64,000 bases of DNA from Parcubacteria group bacterium GW2011_GWA2_42_14 (lineage in GTDB: Bacteria; Patescibacteriota; Minisyncoccia; Sungbacterales; GWA2-42-14). This document shows positions 45,134 through 52,770 of the stretch, one piece after another. A program made the translations under genes and the position numbers. The DNA lies in the NCBI GenBank assembly GCA_000998135.1, contig LCCV01000001.1, forward strand, positions 8,958-72,957, given 5' to 3'. The stretch's first letter is position 1. Each line of letters starts with the position of its first letter. Below the pieces are notes generated by a model that saw only the letters and a program-made list of their open reading frames with translations, had not been told where the DNA came from and ran no database searches.

Positions 45134-45304
45134 TTCATAAGTTCACCAAAAATCCGATATCTATACAGATATCGGATTTTGTTTTGGCTTATTTTAAAGA
45201 GTTTTTACGCTTTTTTACCTATCCTCATTGCCCGTGGCACTTCTTATATTTCTTAGCGTACCAGCATAAAATCCCATCCCCGCCAAAACAAATGGCGGTT
45301 TTTA

Positions 45305-46069
45305 TTATCCCTTTTTAAAAACTAAAGATACGATAAATAGTCCTACTCCCAGTAAAATAATTGCCGGGCCGGGAAGAAGGTGGAATGAAGAAGCAATAAA
45401 AAGTCCGCCCACAGCGATAACTCCGCCAAAAACCAAACTTAAAACTACATACCAGGTCATATTACGAGAAAAATTTTTGGCGACAGATGCGGGAATAATT
45501 GTTAAAGCGCCCATAAGAAGCGTGCCGACCAATTTGATGCCAAGGGCCACAGTAAAAGCAAAAATCAAAAGAAACAGCAAATTAATCCGAGGGCCCCATT
45601 TTTCGGCCTTAGCCAATTCGGGAGATATAATGTAAAAAATTATTTTTTGTGAAAATTTAAGCAAAAGAAAAGTCAGCAAAATGGCCGAGCCGATAAAAAA
45701 CCAAAACTCAATCACACTCAATCGCGGAAACTCGCCAAAAAGCGACTCAAGAATTTCCGTATCCGGAATCAATAAAATGCCAATGGCTAAGCTTGCTGTA
45801 AATAAAAGACCGATAACCGCGTCAGTCGGAAGTTTTGTTTTACCCTCAAGCCACCAAACAAGAACCGCGGCCGAAAGCAAAAAAACCAAAACGCCCCAAA
45901 ATGGGTCAATTGAATAAACCAAGGCCAGAGCAATACCAGGAAGCGCTACATGAGAAAGCGCGTCACCGACCAAAGCCATCCTTTTCAAAATTATAAAACT
46001 GCCCACAAAGCCCGAGGTTATTCCCACAATAAGCGCAATGATGTATGGTTGATAAAAATTAAAATCCAT
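45305..46069 (-). CDS. ABC-3 family metal (Zn/Mn) transporter permease.
   Basis: LVGDALSHVALPGIA motif and eight TM helices (the ZnuB/MntB family). Confidence 0.85.
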   Translation of the reverse strand: MDFNFYQPYIIALIVGITSGFVGSFIILKRMALVGDALSHVALPGIALALVYSIDPFWGVLVFLLSAAVLVWWLEGKTKLPTDAVIGLLFTASLAIGILLIPDTEILESLFGEFPRLSVIEFWFFIGSAILLTFLLLKFSQKIIFYIISPELAKAEKWGPRINLLFLLIFAFTVALGIKLVGTLLMGALTIIPASVAKNFSRNMTWYVVLSLVFGGVIAVGGLFIASSFHLLPGPAIILLGVGLFIVSLVFKKG

Positions 46070-46072
46070 TTT

Positions 46073-46789
46073 TTATTTAGGCAATTGATGCATATGAAGA
46101 TAAAATTTACCTTCCCCATATAACTTGGCAAGCTGTTCAGGGCTCAAAACCTCTCTTGGCTCACCCTGGCAAACCATTGATTTATTAACACAAAGCACCT
46201 TGGTTGCATATCGATAAATTACATTAAGATCGTGGGAAATAAGCAAAATGGTTGTTCTCCGTTCATCCTGCAATTTATGCATGACGCTATAAATGGTTTC
46301 CTCCGACCCGATGTCAATTCCGGCAGTCGGCTCGTCAAAAAGCAAAACATCGGGATGAGCCAAAAGCGACCAGGCAATAAGCACCCTTTGAAAAAGCCCC
46401 ACAGAAATCTCTCCCAATCTTTTTTTAAGAATATCCGCACCAATACCAACTAAAGACAACTCGTGGCTTAAATGCTCACGAAATTTTTTTTCGGGAAACC
46501 AAAAATTTTTGGATTTAAGCAAAAAAAATTCCTCTACGCTCAAAGGAAAACTCCGCTCCACATAAAGTTTTTGCGGAACATATCCGATTTTAATTCCCTC
46601 TTTCCATTGGATAGAGCCGGAAAAAGGCACCAGGCCGAGAAGCGCCCGAAATAAAACTGTCTTGCCGGCGCCATTCGGCCCGATAATAGCGAGGGCTTCC
46701 CCCCGACCCACTTCAAAAGAAAGCTCTTTTAAAAGCTCCTCGCCATCCAGGGTTACCGATAAATTTTTTACTTCTAAAATTTTATCCAT
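46073..46789 (-). CDS. ABC transporter ATP-binding protein (ZnuC/MntA-like).
   Basis: Walker A GPNGAGKT, the LS(V)G signature and Walker B LLFDEP. It lies 4 nt downstream of the permease. Confidence 0.9.
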   Translation of the reverse strand: MDKILEVKNLSVTLDGEELLKELSFEVGRGEALAIIGPNGAGKTVLFRALLGLVPFSGSIQWKEGIKIGYVPQKLYVERSFPLSVEEFFLLKSKNFWFPEKKFREHLSHELSLVGIGADILKKRLGEISVGLFQRVLIAWSLLAHPDVLLFDEPTAGIDIGSEETIYSVMHKLQDERRTTILLISHDLNVIYRYATKVLCVNKSMVCQGEPREVLSPEQLAKLYGEGKFYLHMHQLPK

Positions 46790-47073
46790 GAATATTTTTT
46801 CAAATTTACTCTTCTATTTTTTATCAAAACTCCTTCTTTTACTAAAAGACATATTTTCTTTTTTACTCCCCTGTTATAACCCCCGACAAAACCGTCTTTT
46901 CGTAGCACCCGATGACAGGGAATATCTTTGCTGTGATTTTTATTAAGAGTGTTGCCTACCGCACGAAACGAGCGCGGATTGCCTATGAAACAGGCAATAT
47001 CGGAATATGCCGCTACTCTGCCGCGCTTAATCTTTCTAACCGTATTATACACCTTTTTCTCGAATTCAGTCAT
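46774..47073 (-). CDS. MGMT-family protein, the short form carrying only the Ogt DNA-binding/active-site domain.
   Basis: The active-site motif IPCHRV is present, in a 99-aa protein. Confidence 0.75.
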   Translation of the reverse strand: MTEFEKKVYNTVRKIKRGRVAAYSDIACFIGNPRSFRAVGNTLNKNHSKDIPCHRVLRKDGFVGGYNRGVKKKICLLVKEGVLIKNRRVNLKKYSWIKF

Positions 47074-47149
47074 CTTTTAATAACCGTGGATTTACGCGTA
47101 GTTAATAAAATCCGGCTTCAATAGTTCTTTGATAGTTTTTTATTTTTAT

Positions 47150-47185
47150 CCCTACTATACGCTTAAGCGTATAGTAGGGATATTT
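47150..47185. repeat. Perfect 16-bp-arm palindrome.
   Basis: Sequence tccctactatacgc|ttaa|gcgtatagtaggga, sitting between the Nudix and MGMT genes. Confidence 0.6.
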
Positions 47186-47199
47186 TAATTTTCTTTCAA

Positions 47200-47649
47200 T
47201 TATGAAGTTGCTAATAAATAATTTTTCAAAAATTTTTCTGCTTTCTCTGTCGCTTTTTTCATAGATGGTAACGTAATTCTTTTACGGGCACCCTTATACG
47301 CCAACCATTCATATTTATCATGTTCCCATGATAGTTTTACACGATTTGTCTTGGTTTCCCCCAAAAACATAGCCACAAATTTGGGAACCGGTTTTCCGTT
47401 CCTCCGGGTAAAATATCGCACGGTTGCCTTAAAATTCGGCATCAATTCAATTTTTTTAATACCTGTTTCCTCTTTTAATTCGCGCCGGGCCGCCTCAAGA
47501 CCCTTCTCTCCCTTGTCCAAAATCCCCTTGGAGAAATCCCAAAAATCGGGTTTGGGAATATGTTTTTGCGCCACGCGAATAACCAAATACTTCCTTCCTT
47601 GCGGGGTATTACGAAAAATTATTATTCCGGCTGAACGCTCGACTGGCAT
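47200..47649 (-). CDS. Nudix hydrolase (MutT/Ap4A-hydrolase-like).
   Basis: Nudix box GILDKGEKGLEAARRELKEETGI, which fits Gx5Ex7REUxEExGU. Confidence 0.8.
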   Translation of the reverse strand: MPVERSAGIIIFRNTPQGRKYLVIRVAQKHIPKPDFWDFSKGILDKGEKGLEAARRELKEETGIKKIELMPNFKATVRYFTRRNGKPVPKFVAMFLGETKTNRVKLSWEHDKYEWLAYKGARKRITLPSMKKATEKAEKFLKNYLLATS

Positions 47650-47738
47650 AACTAATATAGTAACATTGATTTGAACAAAAACAAAAATGGGCCTAATGGC
47701 CCAAAACTTTTTAATTAATTTCCGTGTCTAATTCGTGA

Positions 47739-48362
47739 TTACTCCCGCGCTTCATCTTTCTTATGCTTCGCCGGGTTATAAAAAGTTACGTCTTTATAAT
47801 CGCCAACTTTATCCAACATCTTAAACGGCTGAGGCAAAAACTGATTACGGGCAATCGCGTGAAGACGCCAAAAACGTTTTTTGGATTCCTGTAAATGCTT
47901 GCGGGTTCGGCAAAGCCAGTTTTCAAAATTTGCGACATCTTCACAGAAAATAGAAGTAGGGACTGCTTCACCCGAAACAAAACCTCTCAAAATCTCTAAA
48001 AGTCTTTTCTCTTCAGAGCAGTTGTAAAAAAAACTTCTTGCCAACACCCCCAAACAATCATCAACTTTCCGCTGAAGCGCATCTCTTGCTTCCGGCGTTA
48101 CCGGCGGCAAAAATTTGAATTCTTTTCTGAATTTGCGAATCGCGTTAAACGGCTTAATAATAAATGTGCCCGCACCGACCACAAAAACGTAACCCAATAA
48201 AAAGACAGTAAAAGCAAAAAACACATCATTATTTGCGCGCGTGTCCTCAAACCAAAAAGATAAACCAAATAAACAAAAACTAATACCCATTATAAAAAAT
48301 AACACGCTAGCACCAATACGCTTAGGCGAACTCTGCCATAAAATCCTAAACGCTTCTCTCAT
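47739..48362 (-). CDS. Hypothetical membrane protein.
   Basis: A 207-aa ORF with two N-terminal TM helices and a strong SD (gaaggaggg). It is preceded by a ~230-nt GC-rich leader. Confidence 0.4.
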   Translation of the reverse strand: MREAFRILWQSSPKRIGASVLFFIMGISFCLFGLSFWFEDTRANNDVFFAFTVFLLGYVFVVGAGTFIIKPFNAIRKFRKEFKFLPPVTPEARDALQRKVDDCLGVLARSFFYNCSEEKRLLEILRGFVSGEAVPTSIFCEDVANFENWLCRTRKHLQESKKRFWRLHAIARNQFLPQPFKMLDKVGDYKDVTFYNPAKHKKDEARE

Positions 48363-48600
48363 GAATCCCTCCTTCAGGAATCAGCCGTTCTTCGGCTGGT
48401 TTTTTTGCGGCATCGATGGTTCTTCCATCGCAAGGCCGGACTTTCGTCCATGGTGTTCTTATCACCGCCTCACACCGCTTTTAGCGAACCTCGCCGGTTG
48501 GCGAGCCGCTCGGCCTCTCGTTTTTTCGAGTCAGGCCGGTATGTAAAGGAGCTGACGATTGCGTTTCTTGGCCGCAACCGTCAGATTGACAATACCATTT
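48363..48600 (-). promoter_or_regulatory. Structured GC-rich 5' leader, a candidate riboswitch or cis-regulatory RNA, with a putative promoter at its upstream end.
   Basis: On the minus strand there is a TTGACA with an 18-nt spacer and an extended -10, tgGTATTGT, at about 48625-48592. Downstream lie nested hairpins (gacggttgcg/cgcaatcgtc, ggac-GAAA-gtcc, ctcgcc-aacc-ggcgag, cgatgg/ccatcg, cagccg-aagaa-cggctg) and then the SD. Confidence 0.35.
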
Positions 48601-48687
48601 TTATTCTATATTTGTCAAATTGACTTAAATTAACTTAGGTTTTAACATGTTTTTATAATTGCTCTTTAAAATCTAAAAGAGGGGGCC

Positions 48688-49122
48688 ATGAAAATCCTTG
48701 TTTTTTTCCTGCTTATTTCAATTAATCTTCTGTCCCCCATACAACTATTCGCCGAAAATTATCCTTCCAAAATTCAAGAGTTAATTGAAAAAGCAGATCA
48801 AAAAGTGGTTTGCGAAACGGAAAAACCACGCAGAGTTGGAACGATTTTTTACAGAAAAACCAAAAAGGATTGGCTGGTACGTATTTTTACCAAAGACGGC
48901 CAAGAGTTAGAAATCTGGCAAAACGATAACGAACACTGGCTTACCGGATATTACAGTCCGGATAAAGTTTTTTATAATGTACCTGGTCGCGGGTGGATAA
49001 ACCAAAGAAATGTTCCCCCCGATGATGCGGAAAAATTTGATAAACGGCTTAAATTTACGCGCGACGAACTCAAATTTTTCAAGTCATGCCTCGAAGAAAA
49101 AAATAAGGGAATAAAAAAATGA
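48688..49122 (+). CDS. Secreted hypothetical protein.
   Basis: Signal peptide MKILVFFLLISINLLSPIQLFA. Confidence 0.4.
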   Translation: MKILVFFLLISINLLSPIQLFAENYPSKIQELIEKADQKVVCETEKPRRVGTIFYRKTKKDWLVRIFTKDGQELEIWQNDNEHWLTGYYSPDKVFYNVPGRGWINQRNVPPDDAEKFDKRLKFTRDELKFFKSCLEEKNKGIKK

Positions 49123-49541
49123 AAATTAGGGGTATTATCTTTATTAGCATACTGCTCTTAACGGGTTGTGCTTCTTTCAAACCCCCATGGCCCCTTGATT
49201 CATACCAAACAGTTAAAACGTGCGAAACAAAAAATTTAAAACTCACGTTCCTGATTAAGGGAGCAGACGCAAGTTCGGCTGATGATATATTCATACGCGA
49301 ACTTATTATCAAGGCAAAACTTCGCCATGAAGAATACGGAAAAATTCAAATATGGCTTTATTACCCAAAAATGAGCGCGCCGGAAGTTCGCACTCTTCCG
49401 GAATATCCGCCGGAAAAAATCTATGTACAAATGGAATTCGGAGAAAAGAGAGGAAAAACAAAAAATTTCCTGAAAATCTGGAAACAATTCTTAACCGCCG
49501 ACCGCCTTACGTTTATTGAAAACTGCGTTTATGAATTCTAA
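49119..49541 (+). CDS. Lipoprotein, hypothetical.
   Basis: Lipobox LLLTGCAS after an N-terminal signal. The gene overlaps its upstream neighbour by 4 nt. Confidence 0.45.
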   Translation: MKIRGIIFISILLLTGCASFKPPWPLDSYQTVKTCETKNLKLTFLIKGADASSADDIFIRELIIKAKLRHEEYGKIQIWLYYPKMSAPEVRTLPEYPPEKIYVQMEFGEKRGKTKNFLKIWKQFLTADRLTFIENCVYEF

Positions 49542-49953
49542 AAGGAGGAATGTAATGCGACAAATTCTTTTTCCCCGCGATATTTTCCTGGTCGGAAAAA
49601 GAACGATATGCAAACTTGATAAAAAGGGGCTTCTGATAAATATAGAGCTTTACTTTGAAAAATCGGATTTATTCTTCCACGGCCAGTTTATAGGAGAGCG
49701 TGTTATAATGGCATCAGAAGATAAAACTATGTTTTTGGGAATTTCCAAAATTATATCTCCCGAAGGATATAAGACCCATTACCGGGAATACGAAGACGGC
49801 AAATTTAAAGCGATTTCGGAGGAAAGCGCGGAAAAAATAATCAGAACATTTGAAAAAGAATTTCAGGAAAAATATGAAATTATAATTACCGGCGAAGAAA
49901 CCGATGAGCTTATTTGTCAAAAAATAGATTCTGCCAAATGGCAATATTTTTAA
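49516..49953 (+). CDS. Hypothetical protein.
   Basis: A 145-aa ORF with a terminator (aaacggcttcttttaagccgctttttt) at 49957-49992. Confidence 0.35.
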   Translation: MKTAFMNSKRRNVMRQILFPRDIFLVGKRTICKLDKKGLLINIELYFEKSDLFFHGQFIGERVIMASEDKTMFLGISKIISPEGYKTHYREYEDGKFKAISEESAEKIIRTFEKEFQEKYEIIITGEETDELICQKIDSAKWQYF

Positions 49954-49993
49954 AAAACGGCTTCTTTTAAGCCGCTTTTTTGTTTCAAAATCA

Positions 49994-50671
49994 TCAGCGC
50001 CTTTTCAAACGGCTCGCCGTTCTTGCGCTTCTTTCCCGGACAACGCTTGAATACACGATTTTTCCGCGTTCAAAAACATGAAAATCTCCCGTTTCCTCGG
50101 AAAGGGTATAAACAGCAGTATTTTTAAAAATATAAGACGCGCTAATCGCGGAAAGGTGCCGGGCATGCACTTTCGTTTTAAAACCGAAGACTGCTGAAAG
50201 ATCGGATTTATGGTTGTGTCCCGGATAAAGTTTTTCAGCAATTGTTTTAGGGCGAAGCCCTTCAATATAAACGCCGGAATCAACAATAACGCCATGCTTG
50301 TCAATTAAAATTGCTCCGTCAAATTTAATCAGTTTGGCAATATGGCGCGACATAAATCTGTCTTCGCTTAAATCCTGAAGTTCTTTTTTATGGAATTCAA
50401 AAACGCGAACATGATGATTTTTAAAAATATTCTGGGTTATATCGGGCGTATCGGCAAAATCCTTCCATTTCTGCCGCCAGCCAAAAATGATAAAAATACC
50501 GAATTTTTTATGGAACCGCTTTTTTAATCGGATAACGAATTCCGCTATCCTAAGTTTATAAAAAAGCGGCAGGTCTATTTTTGACCCAATAAAAGATTTT
50601 TCGATTTTTTTAATCGCATTCCCGACTGAACGGTCTTTTTTAATTTTTTGATACCACTCTTGAGAAAACAT
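49994..50671 (-). CDS. Diadenylate cyclase (DAC/DisA_N domain; CdaA-like c-di-AMP synthase).
   Basis: The segment FDGAILIDKHGVIVDSGVYIEGL...KVHARHLSAISASYIFKNTAVYTLSEETGDFHVFERGKI carries the DGA..., RHR/RHL and SEETG motifs of the DAC domain. Confidence 0.5.
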   Translation of the reverse strand: MFSQEWYQKIKKDRSVGNAIKKIEKSFIGSKIDLPLFYKLRIAEFVIRLKKRFHKKFGIFIIFGWRQKWKDFADTPDITQNIFKNHHVRVFEFHKKELQDLSEDRFMSRHIAKLIKFDGAILIDKHGVIVDSGVYIEGLRPKTIAEKLYPGHNHKSDLSAVFGFKTKVHARHLSAISASYIFKNTAVYTLSEETGDFHVFERGKIVYSSVVRERSARTASRLKRR

Positions 50672-50695
50672 AAATATATAAATTTATTGAACTAA

Positions 50696-52534
50696 TTATT
50701 TCAAAAACTTCAGCATTTTTTCAAGAGACCATCCGTTGATAATATCCTTACGTTCCGCCCATCCTCTTCTGGCTTGCGCAATTCCAAACTCCAACATTTT
50801 AAAATGCTGAATTGAATGCGCATCAGAATCAATTGACATTTTTACTCCTGCCCTAACGCATTTTCTAATATATTCATCTTTTATATCGGCGCGATTAGGA
50901 TACGCGTTGACTTCCAAAATGGTTCCGGTACGTTTCGCGGCCGCGATAATTTCATCAATATCCAACTCAATCGGCTCGCGTTTATTGATAAGACGACCGG
51001 TAAGATGAAAAATAATATCAACATTCGTATTTTCCATGGCGCGGATAATGCGTTTGGTTTGTTCTTGGCGCGAAAGGTTAAAATGACTATGAACGGCCGC
51101 GCCAACAACATCCAATTTTGCCAAAACCTCGTCTTTGATGTCCAGCTCACCGTTTTTCCCAATATTTACTTCCGCTCCCTTTAATATTTTGAATTTGGAA
51201 TTTGGAATTTGTTTGGAATTTAGCTTGTCTATATATGCCATTTGTTTCAAAAGTTTCTTCTCGTCCGAACCGCCGGTCATGGCAAGGGAACGGGTATGGT
51301 CCGTAATCACAATATATTGAAGTCCGGCTTCCATAGCCGCTTTGGCCATTTCTTCAATAGAATTTTCTCCGTCGGTCCAATCGGTTTGAACTTGCATATC
51401 GCCTTTTAAATCGCCATATTTGATTAAATCCGGTAGCAAGGGCCCGACCCGTGCGCGACCAAGGTCGGACCTTGCATGTATAACGAGTTTACCCTGAGCA
51501 TGTCGAAGGGCCGCTTCAATTTCTCCTGTATTTTCACGCATTTCCGGCTCGATATAACTAAGTCCAAGGGCCTTATATAATTCTTCCTCGGTTTTTCCGG
51601 CAACCAATATCTCCGCTGAACCACGCAGACCGTTTCCGCGACTGTCTGCGTCCTGTCCGCGTGAGTCCGCGCTTCGAAAGAGACCATATTCATTAAGCTT
51701 CCACCCTTTCTTAATCGCAATTTGCCGCAAAGCGACATTATGGTCTTTTGAGCCGGTAAAATAATTAAGGGCCGCGCCGAATGATTCCTTTGGCACGACG
51801 CGCAAATCCGCATCAAGACCATTTTTTAATTTCACGGCTGTTTTGGTTTTGCCGTGCGCGTAAACATGGGCAATAAAAAGCAAACCCAGAAATCTCTCCA
51901 TTACTATTTCCGGCTTTGATGACGTAACCAAAATATCAATATCACCAATGGTTTCTTTGCTCCTCCTAACTGAACCGGCCACAACCGCCTTTTCAACTTC
52001 GGGAAACGACTGAATCATTTTTTCAAGCGTACGAATTTCCGGCAAAATAAATCCCAAAACAGCTCTTCCGCCGGATTTTTTCAAAAATTCAATTCCTTTT
52101 AAAATTTTTTGCTCTGATTTATCTCCAAAGTGTTCAAGTTTCCGGATTTTCCCGGCTTTAGCCGCTTTTTCCAAATCCGCCAAGTTGCGAATTCTTAATT
52201 TCTGCCATAGTGTTTTTACCATTCTGGGCCCAACGCCTTCCACCGCAGTCAATTCAGAAATATTCACCGGAATTTTTTTCTTCAATTTTTCATATTCGTC
52301 AAAATTTCCTTTTTCCAAAAGCTGTTTGATATGAAAAGCAATTCCTTTTCCCACGCCGGGAATTTCCAAAAGAGCTTTTTCTCCTCCTTCTTTATAAATT
52401 TCTTTTACTTCTTGAGCAAGCGATTCAACACCCAATGCCGCCTTCTCATAAGCGCGCGGTTTAAATAAAACTCCTTCCATTTCGTACAATACAGCCATCT
52501 CATTTAATATTTTAGCAATCTCACTATTGGTCAT
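50696..52534 (-). CDS. Family X DNA polymerase with a C-terminal PHP domain (PolX).
   Basis: N-terminal HhH motifs (LLEIPGVGKGIA, LTAVEGVGPRMVKTLW), the palm motif GSVRRSKETIGDIDILV, and a C-terminal PHP region (HARSDLGRA, ITDHTRS, HSHFNLS...DSDAHS). Confidence 0.85.
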   Translation of the reverse strand: MTNSEIAKILNEMAVLYEMEGVLFKPRAYEKAALGVESLAQEVKEIYKEGGEKALLEIPGVGKGIAFHIKQLLEKGNFDEYEKLKKKIPVNISELTAVEGVGPRMVKTLWQKLRIRNLADLEKAAKAGKIRKLEHFGDKSEQKILKGIEFLKKSGGRAVLGFILPEIRTLEKMIQSFPEVEKAVVAGSVRRSKETIGDIDILVTSSKPEIVMERFLGLLFIAHVYAHGKTKTAVKLKNGLDADLRVVPKESFGAALNYFTGSKDHNVALRQIAIKKGWKLNEYGLFRSADSRGQDADSRGNGLRGSAEILVAGKTEEELYKALGLSYIEPEMRENTGEIEAALRHAQGKLVIHARSDLGRARVGPLLPDLIKYGDLKGDMQVQTDWTDGENSIEEMAKAAMEAGLQYIVITDHTRSLAMTGGSDEKKLLKQMAYIDKLNSKQIPNSKFKILKGAEVNIGKNGELDIKDEVLAKLDVVGAAVHSHFNLSRQEQTKRIIRAMENTNVDIIFHLTGRLINKREPIELDIDEIIAAAKRTGTILEVNAYPNRADIKDEYIRKCVRAGVKMSIDSDAHSIQHFKMLEFGIAQARRGWAERKDIINGWSLEKMLKFLK

Positions 52535-52736
52535 ATGAATTTAGAAGCGAATAGACGCAGATACGTTGTTAGCTGGGAGCTGACAACGCAGATATACGCG
52601 GATACCCTTTACTGTTCGAGTGAAATCGGGAACGTTACAATAACGTAGCTTCTCGACCCGGCTCGAAGAATAAAATTAATATCAAAGCTTTTTATTTCTT
52701 CATTACTATCGTACCAAAAAGAAAAAGGGCCGCCTA

Positions 52737-52764
52737 TTGACAAATTCTGTGGATTTGGTATAAT
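52737..52764 (+). promoter_or_regulatory. Consensus sigma70 promoter pointing into the non-coding GC-rich region.
   Basis: TTGACA at 52737-42, a 16-nt spacer, TATAAT at 52759-64, predicting a transcription start near 52771. Confidence 0.6.
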
Positions 52765-52770
52765 TAAAGT

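Noticed and set aside
48440-48470. RNase P RNA, on the basis of the GACGAAAGUCCGGCC motif (minus strand), which resembles the P4 GGAAAGUCCGGGC box.
   Set aside because: No other RNase P elements are present (the 3' P4 strand ACAGAAnCCGGCUUA, P10-12, and CR-IV/V). The stretch is only ~230 nt and sits between a promoter and an SD, so it is interpreted as a 5' leader instead.
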